DNA from: the human T2T-CHM13v2.0 reference genome, Homo sapiens
Length of the DNA: 64,000 nucleotides
Assembly (NCBI RefSeq): GCF_009914755.1
Contig: NC_060928.1
Strand: one strand, 5' to 3'
The position numbers and the translations under genes are program-made. The notes below the pieces were generated by a model. It saw only the letters and a list, made by a program, of their open reading frames with translations. It searched no databases and was not told where the DNA came from. Positions 16,441-30,294 of the stretch are shown piece by piece; positions within the stretch are counted from its first letter, which is position 1; each line of letters starts with the position of its first letter.

Positions 16441-16933
16441 CTGCATCAGAGCTATGGTATATATGTGGAAATTATTGTACCATTTGGTGTGCATGTGTGA
16501 AAAACTGAGAGTAAGGCCAGTTAATTTTATAATTATTTGTTTATGTTATCAATCACCTTAAGAGTAGAGCTTCTTTCCTGAGAGCTGAAATGATGCCAAC
16601 TTGATTGTTTAACTAACTCATGCATTCAAAAAAATTTTTTTTCTGCTTGGTAAACAAAACAGATATGACTCATACTTTTATACAAAATAGTGGAGAAAAT
16701 GATAGGCATTAAGAGGATAATTTCACATTAATTTATTATATTTTTAGATTGTATAAGATGCTATAAGTATTCAACATGGGAAATTGATTTAGCCAGCGAT
16801 ACCAGAAAATGCTTTCTTGAAGAAATGTTGTTTAGCCAGGACATATAAAATCAGTAGGAGCCAACAGAGCTTTTTGGCCATCTAAAATTTTTAAACAACT
16901 TTAAGAGATTTGAGAAGGGATTCATGGCTTTTA

Positions 16934-17302
<369 letters not shown>

Positions 17303-17683
17303 CTATAGAACATCAGTTGTGAGTGGCTAAATCAGTCTAAGAACATGATAATATGTTTTGACTAAGACAGTATGAATGGGAATAGAAGATTGAAGGGAAA
17401 TTTAAGAAATAGAATTGACAGAAAGGGGAAGAGGGTGGAATGTGAAGAACATGCAACACATACAGCCCTAAGTTAAGCAGTAAAGAAAGGTGTTAACATC
17501 TCACTTATTCTGTCACATTTCATCTGTTATGCATAAATACAAATGCAAAGTTTTAAACAGAGTATAAATAAAAAGAGCCAGTACCTGGAAAATTCAAGTT
17601 TCTTATTGCCGAAGTGTAAGAAGGAGTTGTAGAATTGAAGATGGGGCAGAAGCCACTTCATGAGAGACCTTGTTTGCCATGAC

Positions 17684-19905
17684 AAAGAGCTTGGACCTGA
17701 TCCTGCAGCATGGCACACCACACAGTGGTTTGTAAGCAGGAAATATTTGTGCTTTAGAAGAACTCTCAAGGCAATGAAAAAAGACTAGAGGCCTTACTGT
17801 AAACAGGAAAGGAGGAGATGCAGAGGCACTGTGTATGAGTGAGAAGTACTGTAGGCTTGTGCCTTCAGGGAGTTCAGCAGGGATGGCTGAGGTCTTTCCA
17901 AAAGCTCAGGGTATGGGGTGAGGCCAGAAAACCTGAAGCATTCAAGAGATATCTAACAAGAGAGATGGTGGTGGTGCGATAAGATGAAAATGAAGGAAAA
18001 ACCTACAGTTGGTTAGATAGGACCTTCCAAATGCCCATCTTGAGTATGGACATTTTGGGTCCATTTTGTCCAACTTGGATCAGGAGAGTGGCACCATCAA
18101 CTAAGGTAGATAATATAGGAAACTTGGATGGTGTAGAAAGGAGATCAAGAGTGAGAATAATACGATAGCTATTATACAACACCCTTTTATTTAGTTTCAT
18201 AAAGAAAATACATCATCAGCGATGTCTATTGGTAGCATATCTCAGAGTGAAGATGTAAAACTATAGCTTTGAAAATGAAGCATGATTTCAATGTAGATTT
18301 CTACCGTATAATGTCTTTAATGTTTCATCATGAATTCATAGATGTATTTCCCATAGAATTTGTATAATTTCTCAGTGGTTATAAGGAGCTTGGATCCTAT
18401 TTGAAAACTTATTTTATGAGTTACTCATTAATACCTGGAACCAGTGGTATTTTGGAACTGATTGATGCCAACCCATACCAGATGATTGTTAAACATTCAG
18501 AAAGTTTATTAATAACACAGTCAGTAAATATTAAATTACATAAACTTATAGCTAAATTAATTATATTAAAAACAAGATAACAAATATTCAAAACATCACT
18601 TCCTAATTATTTTACTACATTTTATGATAGCTGAGCTCTTGAGGTTATTTGCATTTATTGTATCTACATGGTGGAAATATTACATAGTGATGTGCTATTG
18701 AATATCTCTTCCCAACTCCATTTTCAACGATACCACTTTGATAGCTTGAAATCAGTCATGGTAGGAGTACTTCAATCATGGTAATGGTATCAAAGGATAC
18801 CACGTTGATAGCTTGAAATCAGTCATGGTAGGAGTATTTGTAGCAAATGCTACAAATGAGGACTTGACTTATTGTTTTATTCATTGTGTAAAATTAAGAG
18901 AAGGATAGAGAAAAGATAAATAGGGCATATTAAATTAAAAAACATGTATGTCCTTAGCCATTACATTGCAAATGGCAAAAGAACGGGTGACCTTCTGCCA
19001 ATACTTGAAAATTATTATCTGATTTGACAAATGATTTGCACATGTTGCTGTTGAATAAGCAAAGCTTCAACATATATCTTTGTCTCACTTTCATCATAAA
19101 TATTAATGTAAATCTTTTCATAAAGATCAACCAGCTTTCATGCCAGAACTATACTCATTCATCACTTGCAACCAAAGTTTGGCTACTGATATAAGAGTTT
19201 GGCAAAAATCAATGAAAATGTTCTGGAGAATCAATTGCCTTTATGTGTGTACCTATAAAAATTGTAGGTACATTTTATTATTTGTAAGTTGTGTGATATA
19301 CATCCTTATACCAGTACAATTTATAATGAACTATATATGATATATATGTGTGTGTCTGTGTGTATTTGTGTATGTACACACAGACACACACAGACTTTTC
19401 TTTCTTTTTTTCCCCAGAGAGCTTATTAAACATTTACCAGCAAACCACTCTGCCTGGAAGTCTATCTACAAAAGATATTTAAAGTGCCATTACACAGTTT
19501 TAAAAAAATTCCAGGAGTCCTAATTCTCACTTCTATTGATTCTAAGCCTTATATTAATGGTTTTAGGTTCTCCAGGAAAGACATGATCTAGATTCACCTA
19601 TCCTGGACACTCTCTCAAGAGGAAAGAAAGTTTCCTCCTAGATAGCCCTAATCTTAACCTCTCCCTAGATCTACTGTGAGAAACAGAGGAAGAGGTATGA
19701 ACAGATGTATTATAATCACCAAGACTCATGCCCCCTGTTGCTGGGGCCCCTAGGAATTATAGGTAATGTAAAATATGGCAGAGACTGAAGGCATCTAGAA
19801 GACCCATAATAAAGAGCTTGGACCTGATGCTACAGCATGGCACACCACACAATGGTTTGTAAGCAGGAAAGATTTGTGCCTTACAAGAACTCTCATGGCA
19901 ATGAA
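17684..19905 (+). repeat. Dispersed 95-bp direct repeat (17684-17778 and 19811-19905)
   Basis: Manual alignment gives 88/95 identity with no gaps. Confidence 0.93.
18441..19450 (-). mobile_element. MER63-family hAT-Blackjack DNA transposon (about 1 kb)
   Basis: Termini ccagtggtattttgg and aaacatttaccagcaaaccact. Core tctcttcccaactcc...tagcttgaaatcagtcatggtaggagta. Possible 8-bp TSD acctggaa/gcctggaa. Confidence 0.75.
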
Positions 19906-20239
19906 GCATGAGCAGCTGGCATGGGGTTTTCCTCAAGTCAGACTGAGGAGGCAATTCGGCCTTGTCGGAGGCTCCAGAAATTCCATAGTTAATTAGGAAA
20001 TTTTGCTATTTTTTCCTTTAACTTTCTTAGAAATTTAAGCCTTGAGATTGACATTGGGATGAACAGCCTACCTTCTTTAAGAAGAGCTTAGGAAAGCCTG
20101 CCTCTTAGAGAAAGAATGCTAGCTTAGGTGGAGCTTGTATATGATCCTGCGTAATTCTGAGATTTCTCCTTCCTTCTCTTAGAAAACGTCCTAATAAGAA
20201 GATAAGGTGACCGAATAAGGGGATTACTTGGCAGAGATA

Positions 20240-20345
20240 TGAGAGAACTGGGTTCTTGACCCCACTTTGCCATGAACTTGGGTAAGTTACTAAGTCTGTC
20301 AGTATCATGGTTCCTTGTCTGTATAACTAGCAACCTTTACAGAGA
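20240..20345. mobile_element. MIR fragment
   Basis: ctgggttcttgaccccact...ttgggtaagttactaagtctg...ttccttgtctgtataa matches the MIR core. Confidence 0.55.
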
Positions 20346-20924
20346 GCTTCTCTTCCAATGTTGATACTTTTTATTTCTAAGGATATATTTTTTAAACAAT
20401 TTCTCTTACAGTTTTCTCAAAATTAAATAGTATTTTTTCAGTGATAAAGTGAGTATACTGAGAATTGAAGAGATGGAAAATACAGTTATGTCTCCCATAA
20501 TAAATGGGTAAAAATGCCCAAGCATCAAAACCGTGGGCTGCTCTAACCTGGAGAGATGTCTGATGGTGACATGAAAAGATGCACTTTTTAGGAAAAATCT
20601 CAGCCTGAAATTTATTCTCTTGCCAAAATTCAGAGCAACTATGTTGTTTAACACATAATTACAGAGTAATTTCTTTTTATGTCATTTTGACTATTTCATT
20701 TTATTTTTGGACGGGCTGCCCAGTTGGAGTGGAGCACAGTTGTCCATGCATGATTACTAATAACATCATTATCCTGCTATGTAATATGGTTTGTTTACTT
20801 ATATCTAAGATCTGAAGTTTATTTATAAAATGTTTTATTGTTAAAAGTGGTTTTTGCTTCTTATCATGAGTATAAAACTGTATACATTTTTATAACACAA
20901 ATCTCATAATTTTAGACAGACATA

Positions 20925-21115
20925 ATAGTAACTACAATTTGTTAAGCATATTTATACAACAGAATGTGTACTAGGTATTTTATATATTTATTTCATTTAA
21001 GTTTTACAATAAGCTGGGTAGGTATTATCAGCAGTTTGCTGAAAAAGTATCTGAATTCCAGGACATAGGTAACTCACTTAAGGTTGCACATCTAGTATAT
21101 GGCAGGGTGAGAGGC
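20925..21115. mobile_element. MIR fragment
   Basis: gtaggtattatc...aggtaactcacttaaggttgcacatctagt matches the MIR core. Confidence 0.55.
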
Positions 21116-21901
21116 CCACAAATATCAAGTTCAACATAACTATTCAGTGCTTAAAATTCTCTGTATTATATGAATCTCTATCTTCATTTTAATATCTGCC
21201 AGTATATCATTGTAAAGATATAATTAATTTTATTTTAATATTTTTATTATACAAAATTTATTTAATCATTTCACCTTTTTCTAATTTTTGTTAGTGTCAA
21301 CAGTGTTGCAATTAATATATTTGTATACTTGCTTATATTTACTTTTTCCGATGAAAATGTAAAAGTGAATTCAATTTATCAATAAATATACTTATTAAAA
21401 GTTTGAAATACACATTTAATTGCCCTGCAGAACATTTCTACTGGGAATATGCAAGGGTACCTATTTTCTTACACCCATGTCAACACTGAATAGCAGAAAC
21501 TGTTAAAATTTTTCTAATCTGATACATCAAAATGTTTATCTTCATTGAATTTCAAACTTCTCATTACTAACAGGGGGACTTCTAAGAATTCCTTCTTTAG
21601 ATTTCATCTTTAATAAATTTTTAATACATTTAGTCCATTTTTCTAATAACTTGTTTTTTTATTCATAAAATGTCTTTATTAAATAAATCTCTTGCCTATC
21701 ATGTAGAATGTAAATACTTTTTACATCTTCTCATTTAAATATCAAATGTGTTTGTACTTTTCTGTGTAGAAATGTTACATATTTGTGAATTTTATAAATC
21801 AGTCTTTTACTTTATAGATTCTGACTCTGGGATCATGATTAAAAATATCTTTCCTATTCCAACAGTGTAAAATTCTTCAACTATATTTTCTCTTAGAACT
21901 T

Positions 21902-22590
21902 TGTATTACTTTTCTTGTTGCCATAACAAATTACCACACGTTTAGTGGCTTTAAACAATATCCACTTAGGGCTGGGCACGGTGGCTCACGCCTGTGATCC
22001 CAGCACTTTGGGAGGCCCAGGCGGGTGGATCACCTGACGTCGGGAGTTAGAGACCAGCCTGGACAACATGGTGAAACCCCATCTCTACTAAAAATACAAC
22101 AATTAGCCAGGTGTGGTGGCGGGCTCCTGTAATCCCAGCTACTCCGGAGGCTGAGGCGGGAGAATGGCTTGAACCCAGGAAGCAGGGGTTGCAGTGAGCC
22201 GAGATTGAGCGAAACTCCGTCTCAACAACAAACAAACAAACAAACAAACAAACAAACAAAAAACAGTATCCACTTATCTTCTCACCTCCTTTAAGTCAGA
22301 GATCTGGATACAGTGTGGCTCAGCCGGGTCCTCTGCTTAGGATCCCACAAGGCTGAAATCAAGGTGTGGAAAGCTACATTTCTTTTTGGAGGCTCTGGGA
22401 AGGAATCAATCTCCAAGCTCTTTCAGGTTGCGGGCTAATTCAGTTTCTTGTTCTCGTAGTGTTAAGGCTCCTTTGCTGGAAGTTGGAAGGTCCTGGTTTG
22501 GCTCCTACTGGAGCCTGTAGTCTTCTTTCATGCTTTCCAGTTGACCTCCCTCAGGCAGCAGCAGTTCTAGTTCCTCTCATGCTTTATGTG
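21902..22590 (-). mobile_element. MLT1E/F-like MaLR LTR, interrupted by an Alu
   Basis: tgtatt...ccataacaaattaccacacgtttagtggcttt ... cacaaggctgaaatcaaggtgt. Confidence 0.7.
21969..22260 (+). mobile_element. AluS (Sp/Sq/Sx-like) with a right-arm deletion and (CAAA)n tail
   Basis: TSD aaacaatatccactta (21953-21968) and aaacagtatccactta (22261-22276). Lacks the ccactgcactccagcctggg segment. Confidence 0.93.
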
Positions 22591-22614
22591 CTGCTGATTT
22601 ATGTATACTATCTA

Positions 22615-22740
22615 ATTTAATATTTACAGCAACTTTATGGGCTGATTATTATCCTCATCTCATGGACGAGAAAACTGTGAGGTTAAATAACTTGTCCAGG
22701 GTCTTATAGCCAGTAAGGGAAGATATAAGACTTGACAGCT
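22615..22740. mobile_element. MIR fragment
   Basis: attattatcctcatctcatggacgagaaaactgtgaggttaaataacttgtccaggg. Confidence 0.65.
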
Positions 22741-24416
22741 CACATCTCTTATTTTACTTCTTCATAAGATATAAACAAAAACTGCCAGGGCCGTCTATTA
22801 ATTACATAATTAAGGGTAGTCAGGTCTACTCAGATAAGTATCATCTAATATTTGTGAGGAGTCTACATTTAAAACCATCATTTAAAAAATGGTTATGGAA
22901 CTTTCCTTTTACCCATTCGTGTCTCATTTTTTTTTGGTAGCAGAGAAGTGCTCATATAGTAAACAACTATTACTTCACTGGTATGTGTCCTCACCCTACC
23001 CCTTTTGTAAGGTAAGATATTCATGATAATAAACACGAGTTTATGATTCTCATAATATACTAGAATAAACTGAGAGTTCAATCAGTGTTCAACAATAAAA
23101 AATGACTTTTTTTTTAAACCCTGGTGACAATAAAGTGCCTCAAAAGTGATTAGTTTTTGTGGAAGAAAAGCATGGCAGAAAGTGATAGTCTCAGGCAGAG
23201 CTTTCGCTTTACTTCGGGAATAGGTACATCACATCAGAGGTGGCATAATTTACCTCCTTGGAGTGGGTGAACATAAGCATCTGTTATATATGGTATTCTA
23301 AGAAGATACTAAATTCCCTTTTGATAGCTCTCTCTGTTTCTTTCAATGCAAATACCTAACATATTTAAATGATACAAGAGTCTTTTAAATCCTTTTTAAG
23401 CTCATTGCCTATTGATTCCATCATAAGGGTCACTAATATATGATGCCATTCCTGGAACTGTAAATGGCAGGAACTCAATGAAATTAATTTTAGAAGTTAA
23501 TGTAAAAAAATTTATTAAAAGACTAGAATGCTTTTTTTCTATCAAATAATAATAAAACACACAATTGATTCTATTACCATTTCTGCTTTGTTTTCAGGGA
23601 AAGGTCAGAATTAAACGTGATGCTAAGTCATGGTTACTGCATTCGATTTGATGGTTATCATGTTACTTTCTAACTATGTTTAAGGGCCTGGAGTTTTATA
23701 TGTATGCTTTTTAACAGCCTTATACTAAATAAATCTTTTTTTGGTAAGCCAACTGAAATCCAGTTTGACAATCAGGAAGAAAGATGTAAGTTAAATATTG
23801 TAAAATATCTTCTTCCTCCATCGTTGGGATTTCCTCGACTACCAAAGGCCAGCATTTTCATATTTAGATTTCTAATTTTTTTGGAATTAAACAGAATGAA
23901 AAACTCTCATGATGGGTGCCATAAAATTCAATTGCCTAACAAGAGTTTCAACAGGATATGAAAGCAGCTCAGACTGTTCAAATTTCTTGGTGGAGTATAA
24001 CTATCTGCATGTTTATATTAGAGAATGAATCTTTAGCAGAGTTTAAATAAAAAACCTTCCTTCTATACCATCTCACCCCTACCAAACAGATTCAAGAAAC
24101 AACTAAAACACAAATAAGCGAGCAAGCAACATATGCAGCATCCAGAATTCCATCTTTCTCATTGTGTCCTTGCTATGGTTGACAGCAGAGATGAACAGGC
24201 CTTCCTCTAGACTTCTTTAATTACTGCAATGATTCCAGCCACATGTCCCTAATTACATGCCTAAGTCACTGAAACAGGTCACTCTGGGGACTCAAAAATC
24301 CCCTACACATAAGAACACTGATTCCCTACCAGGCATTCATAATTCTGACTTAGCAGAACAGGAGAAACTATCACCTAAATGATCATTAAACTTTTGTCTT
24401 GAAAGTAAATTCAGTC

Positions 24417-24807
<391 letters not shown>

Positions 24808-26000
24808 TTATGGATTTTTAACAACAAATGTGGCTCAAATATTTTATAATTGGTCCCTCAGATTGAGATTTATCATCTTGGTGTAGAATTGTGTATCTTT
24901 GCTCAGAGCAAACAGTAAACATTTATTTATGGATCTGTAAGTATCATAAAGGCCATTGTCTTTTTGGTCTTTAAATAGACATATTATGAGCTTCAAAGCA
25001 TCTCTTTAAATAACCGAGATTGTGAGATTTTACCTGGACTTTTTGACAGACTTGACACACCTTTTCCAGAAACAAGTCATACCTACTTGGTGTTCAGTTT
25101 GGTTAGAGCTCTTACAGTCTGTCAGCTACCTTTGTGGAAAAGGAGGCTATATTTGGAAAGGAGTCGGTAAGCCTCAGCTCTTAATTGTTTTACTTGCCAA
25201 AAAAGCAGAATTCTGTTGAAGTTTTGACAGCTGTGCCTTGTCATGGAGAAAAATCTTCTATAAGAAAACAAAGGAGCATTTATCTCTACCATACATTATG
25301 CTCTAATAATGTGCATAATCCGTCTATCATTTTAAAAACAGTGTACATAGTTTTAAATAACTCTACCAAGAAACACCATATCAAGGAGCTTTTTCTCCTT
25401 ATTTTGGCTTTTTAAAAATCATGAAAATATTTTTGCTTAGGGGAAAAGAGAAGATAATTATAGATGGATCAATTTCAAGTATGTTGGGGCAGATTTACAA
25501 AGAATACTTTTCTCAGTTTTTGCAGAAGCTTGTTTCTATAGCTGACACAGCTGGAATTTAGGCATTTGTATCATTTCTATAGTCATTTAACATAAAAACT
25601 CTACTCTGTTATGTAATTATAGCTTCAGATTAAAGTCCAGATTTCCTTGTACAAGTGTTCATGACTGTTGACTTCAAAACCAATAATTTTGTGTTTTGAC
25701 AAGATGACTTTCTGAAAAGACTGACCACAACTCAAACTCTGTCTCTTCTCTTGGTATAGTATTAGGGAGAATAAACAGGAGCCTTTTGGAAAATTAGTAC
25801 AGCAGGGATGCATTCTTCTCCAGAAACTCAGCTATGCCAGTCATATTACATGATGATCTTCTAAAACTAAATTAAATCTAACTTCAAATGGCAAGAAATG
25901 CAAACTCAGTTATTATCAGGTCTTCTTTTTCCCCATCCTGTGACAATTTACCAGAGTTCTTAGAGTTTCACAATGCAAGAGGACCCTCTGTGCTTCAGAC

Positions 26001-26459
26001 TGTGAACCCAGAAAATCGGAGGCAGGTCTCAGTTAATTTAGAAAGTTTATTTTGCTAAGGTTGAGGATGCACCTGTGACACAGCCTCGGGAAGTCGTGAG
26101 GACATGTGCCCAGGTGGTTGGGGCACAGCTTGGTTTTATACATTTTAGGGAGACATGAGACATCAGCCAGTATAAGTTAGAAGTACATTGGTTCCATCTG
26201 GAAAGGCGGGACAACTTGAAGCAAAGTCAGGAAGGCTCAAAACCGGAAGGGAGCTTCAGGTCACAGATAGTTGAGACACAAAGGGTTGCATTCTTCTGAG
26301 TTTCTGATTAGCCTTTCCAAAGGAGGCAATCAGATATGCATCTATCTCAGTGAGCAGAGGGGTGACTTTGAATAGAATGGAAGGCAGGTTTGCCCTAAGC
26401 AGTTTCCAGCTTGAGTTTTCCTTAGTGAATTTGGGGGCCCAAGATATTTTCCTTTCAGA
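26001..26459 (-). mobile_element. MER4A1-like ERV1 solo LTR
   Basis: Matches remembered MER4A consensus (ttagcctttccaaaggaggcaatcagatatgcatctatctcagtgagcagaggg). 4-bp TSD agac at 25997-26000 and 26460-26463. Confidence 0.85.
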
Positions 26460-26999
26460 AGACTATGTATGTCACTACTGATTGTCGAAGTTATGATTCC
26501 TTGATAGTGAGAGGCTCTGATGTGCTAAGGAATGGGTAGGTATGTTTTTTAGGGCTGAGCATCCCAGGGCCTCCTCCTAGCCATCACTGTAGTACCTCAG
26601 TGATACGCAGCAATTTCTTTCCCTCTGAGTGCTTGTCATCCAAGGACCCCAAGTGGGAATGAGATGACGGCTTTCTCATCTCAGGGAACCCACAATTCTC
26701 TATCACTTTCCTAATTGTGGGAAAGCTCACTAGCTCTCATTACTTCCTGTCTTTCTCCTTTTTACTACCTCAGAAAGTACTTAGCAGGATGTCCTTATTA
26801 GGCTTACCTTTTGAAACAAAGAACTCCACCCCTCCCCGCACTGGTCTGGGCTATTCTGCTTTTCCACCTGTAACATGAGCTAGTAGGGAAGGCTACATTA
26901 AGGAAGAACTCATTTCTTAGGGAAAATGAGAAGGGAAAGACATAAAACTCAGGAAGGAAAAACACACAAGAGAAAAACACAATACCTCGAAAAGTCCTC

Positions 27000-27290
27000 T
27001 CTCTGTGAATTTGGGCAAGGTTTTTAAGCTCTGTATACTTTGTTTTTTTATCTATAAAATAGAATAATCATTGTACTCACTATTAAGATTAATGTATGTA
27101 ACACATTCACATAGCGATGATTAATATTCTCACTCTTATCTTTGAGAGAGTAGAGCATCGTGTAGAGGAGCATCACCTCTTAAACCAGACTCTTTGAGTT
27201 CATATCCCTGAGCTAGTTGATTTTGGTAGAATTTACTGGTTGCAGTTTAAGTTTCCTTGTCTGTGTAATGGGGATAAAAAAATGAACAAT
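27000..27290. mobile_element. MIR fragments
   Basis: ctgtgaatttgggcaagg...tctataaaatagaataat and tttccttgtctgtgtaatggggata core motifs. Confidence 0.55.
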
Positions 27291-27291
27291 C

Positions 27292-27690
27292 CGATATGGC
27301 TTGGCTCTGTATCCCCACCCAAATCTCATTTTGAATTGTTATAATCCTCACATGTCAAAAGCAGGACCAGGTGGAGATAATTTAATCATTAGGGGCGGTT
27401 TCCCCCATGCTGTTCTCATAATTGAATCATTAGGGGCGGTTTCCCCCATGCTGTTCTCGTGATAGTGAGTTAGTTCTCATGAGAGCTGATGGTTTTATGA
27501 GAGGCTTCCCCCTTCGCTCAGCACTCATTCTCTCTCCTGCCATCCTGTGAAGAGGTGCCTTTCGCCATGATTGTAATTTTCCTGGGGCCTCCCCAGCCAT
27601 GCGAAACTGTGAGTCAATTAAACTTCTTTTTGTTATAAATGACCCAGTCTTGGCTGTTTCTTCATAGCAGCATGAGAACGGACTAATACA
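27292..27690 (+). mobile_element. THE1 (C/D-like) solo LTR with an internal 41-bp tandem duplication
   Basis: gatatggcttggctctgtatccccacccaaatctc ... gagaacggactaataca, with TSD caatc/caata. Confidence 0.88.
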
Positions 27691-28046
27691 CAATATCATA
27701 GATTTTTGTGGTGTAAAGTGCTTTGGAGAGTACCTTGTGCAAAGGAAGAGCTTCATAAATGATATTAACTTTTTAAATCATCTTGCTGCACTAGTGCTAA
27801 TGATTTTAAGCCATGTGTGGTGCTTCTCAAACCAGCCCTGTGCAGATTAGTCTGTCAAGATTAAGCTCTGGGCAATTTTGTGACGATTTTATATCTCTTT
27901 TTAATGTTTTCAAATTTCTCATGGAAATTCATCTTTTAATTAGAAGTCTGCAAACTACATGTTTACATTGTTTGAATCTGTTTAACTCTAAGCTAAATAA
28001 TATTGTGCACACAGAGGTTGCTGAATTCTGAAAATACTGATGACTA

Positions 28047-28540
28047 TTACTGTGTATATACCCAAAGGAATATAAATCATTCTATCATAAAGACACATGC
28101 ATGTGTATGTGCATTGCAGCACTATTCACAATAGCAAAGACATGGAATCAAACTAAATGCCCGTCAGTGCTAAACTGGATAAAGAAAATGTGGTACATAT
28201 ACATCGTGGAATACTATGCAGATAAAATAAGGATTGAGATCATGTTCTTTGTGGAACATTGATGGAGCTGGAGGCCATTATCTTTAGCAAACTAAGGCAG
28301 GAACAGAAAACCAAATACTGCATGTTTTCACTTATAAGTGGAAGCTAAATGGACACATAGAGGGGAACACATACGCTGGGGCCTGTCGGTTGGAGGGAGA
28401 GGATCAGGAACAATAACTAATTGGTACTAGGCTTAATACCTGAGTGATGAAATAATCTGTACAATGAACCCCCATGACACATGTTTACTTATGTAGCAAA
28501 CCTGCACATGTACCCCTGAACTTAAAAGTTAAAAAAAAAT
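28047..28540 (+). mobile_element. 5'-truncated old L1PA (L1PA13-17-like) 3' end
   Basis: ORF2 C-terminus and 3'UTR: tatacccaaaggaatataaatcattct ... cctgcacatgtacccctgaacttaaaagttaaaaaaaaa. Confidence 0.88.
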
Positions 28541-29083
28541 CAGAAGACAATACTACAAATACAGAATATATGCCTGTGAACTATAAAAATAAAAATATTT
28601 TCTGAATAAATAAATTCAATGATTTTGAGACAGTAGAGAAAAAACTAATGACTAATGTGGAAAGTAGAAGTAGAGAATTACCATAGCAAATAAAGGCAGC
28701 ATAGAAAATCAAAGAAAAGTGATTTCAGAAAGTCAAATCTAGAAAATCTAATTTTTTTTTAAGGATTAGAAAATTCTTATAACATCAACAGATTATTAGG
28801 ATCTACAATAATGATCAAGACATTTTAAATTATTTTAATCTTTGCTACCATGGCTCATATTATCAAGTTCAGAAGACATCTAAAACAAATTGGATTATTG
28901 TTCTTTGTCCATCTAATAGGTATACAATAAAAACGTGTTAAGATATATATATAAAATATTGAAATATGTCTATATCTCCTTGATATGAGATCAGTGGGTA
29001 GATTCTAAAAATCTCTTGATAAATCCACCTTCTGACCTTACAACAAATATATAACTTGATATATTTGATAGATGACCAGTATG

Positions 29084-29916
29084 CAGTTAAGCCCTCAATT
29101 AACATTGCTGATAGCTTCTTGGGAATTGTGACTTTAAGTGAAAAAAACTTACAACCAATTTTACCACAGGCTAACTGATATAAGCAAAAGTTCAGTTCCT
29201 ATGACATATTTCTGGTCACAAAAACATCATCAAACTTCAAAACAAAGACCCAAAACACTTCTAATATTAAGCATTGAAATACATGTGAGCTTTACATACA
29301 TTGAAAGACAGTTAGTAAAAACAAGTAACATGATCATTTTCCCAATTTTTCATGAGTCAGCGAGTGGGAGTGATTGTAGTGGTGGATTAAATCAGGAAAT
29401 AAATGCTTGAAAAGTGAAAATTATAGGGAGCACTTCCTCCCACCTTGAAGTTCAAAAACAATCACAAATATGGTAGGCTCTCTGAGCACTTTCCTACCAC
29501 ATCGTTTTAGTGTCATGCATTTGTATGAATATTGTATCCTTTACAGATTTTTATTTTACAATGATTTGAACTCATTCATTTTCCAACCTGCTTATTCCAG
29601 TTCAAGGTTACCGGTGGCTGGAGCCTATCCCATGGGCTCAGGGTGGAAGGTGGGAACCCGCCCTGGACACAATGCCATCTCATCACAGGGTGCACTCACA
29701 CACACACCCACATTCACTCATTCTGGGCCAGTTAACCCAATGTGCACATCTTTGGGCCGTGGGAGGAAACTGGAGCATTCAGAGAAAACCTACACAGACA
29801 TGGTGAAGATGTGCAAACCACACAGGCAGTGGTTCTTCTGACAGGGAAGCAATTATTGTTTTTCATCAATGTTATAAACAACATTGAAGGAAATGTTGTT
29901 ATTAGAGAATCTGCTA
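29084..29916 (-). mobile_element. MER6 (TcMar-Tigger non-autonomous DNA element)
   Basis: Distinctive internal tgtgcacatctttgg..gtgggaggaaactggag..agagaaaacctacacagacatgg. Termini cagttaagccctcaattaac and gttattagagaatctgct. Confidence 0.8.
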
Positions 29917-30294
29917 TATATCTATCTATATCTATAGTAGTCTATATCTATAATCTTTATCCATATCTAGCTATATCTATATATCTCAATAAAATACATT
30001 TTTATTGTTATACATATTTGATTAACAAAGAATCATGAATCAATTTGTTTTAGAAGTCTTCTGAACTTGAGAATACGTATCACAGTAACAAAGATTAAAA
30101 TAATTTGAATTGTCCTGAGTTTTTGCCCTCTCTTATTGATTAAAAACTTCACCCTACCAGCACTTCCAACAACAGCAGCAACAAATGTTAAGTGTTGGGT
30201 AAGTCAGGGTCATGGATACAGTTGAATAAATTCTGGAGATGATTTACTAAATTTAATGAAGGATATGTCTAAGTGACAGCAGACTTTGAGTTTT

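Noticed and set aside
23580-23740. Acceptor-like ttctgctttgttttcag and a C-box-like gtgatg
   Set aside because: No good matching donor or open frame, and no D box or terminal stem for a snoRNA.
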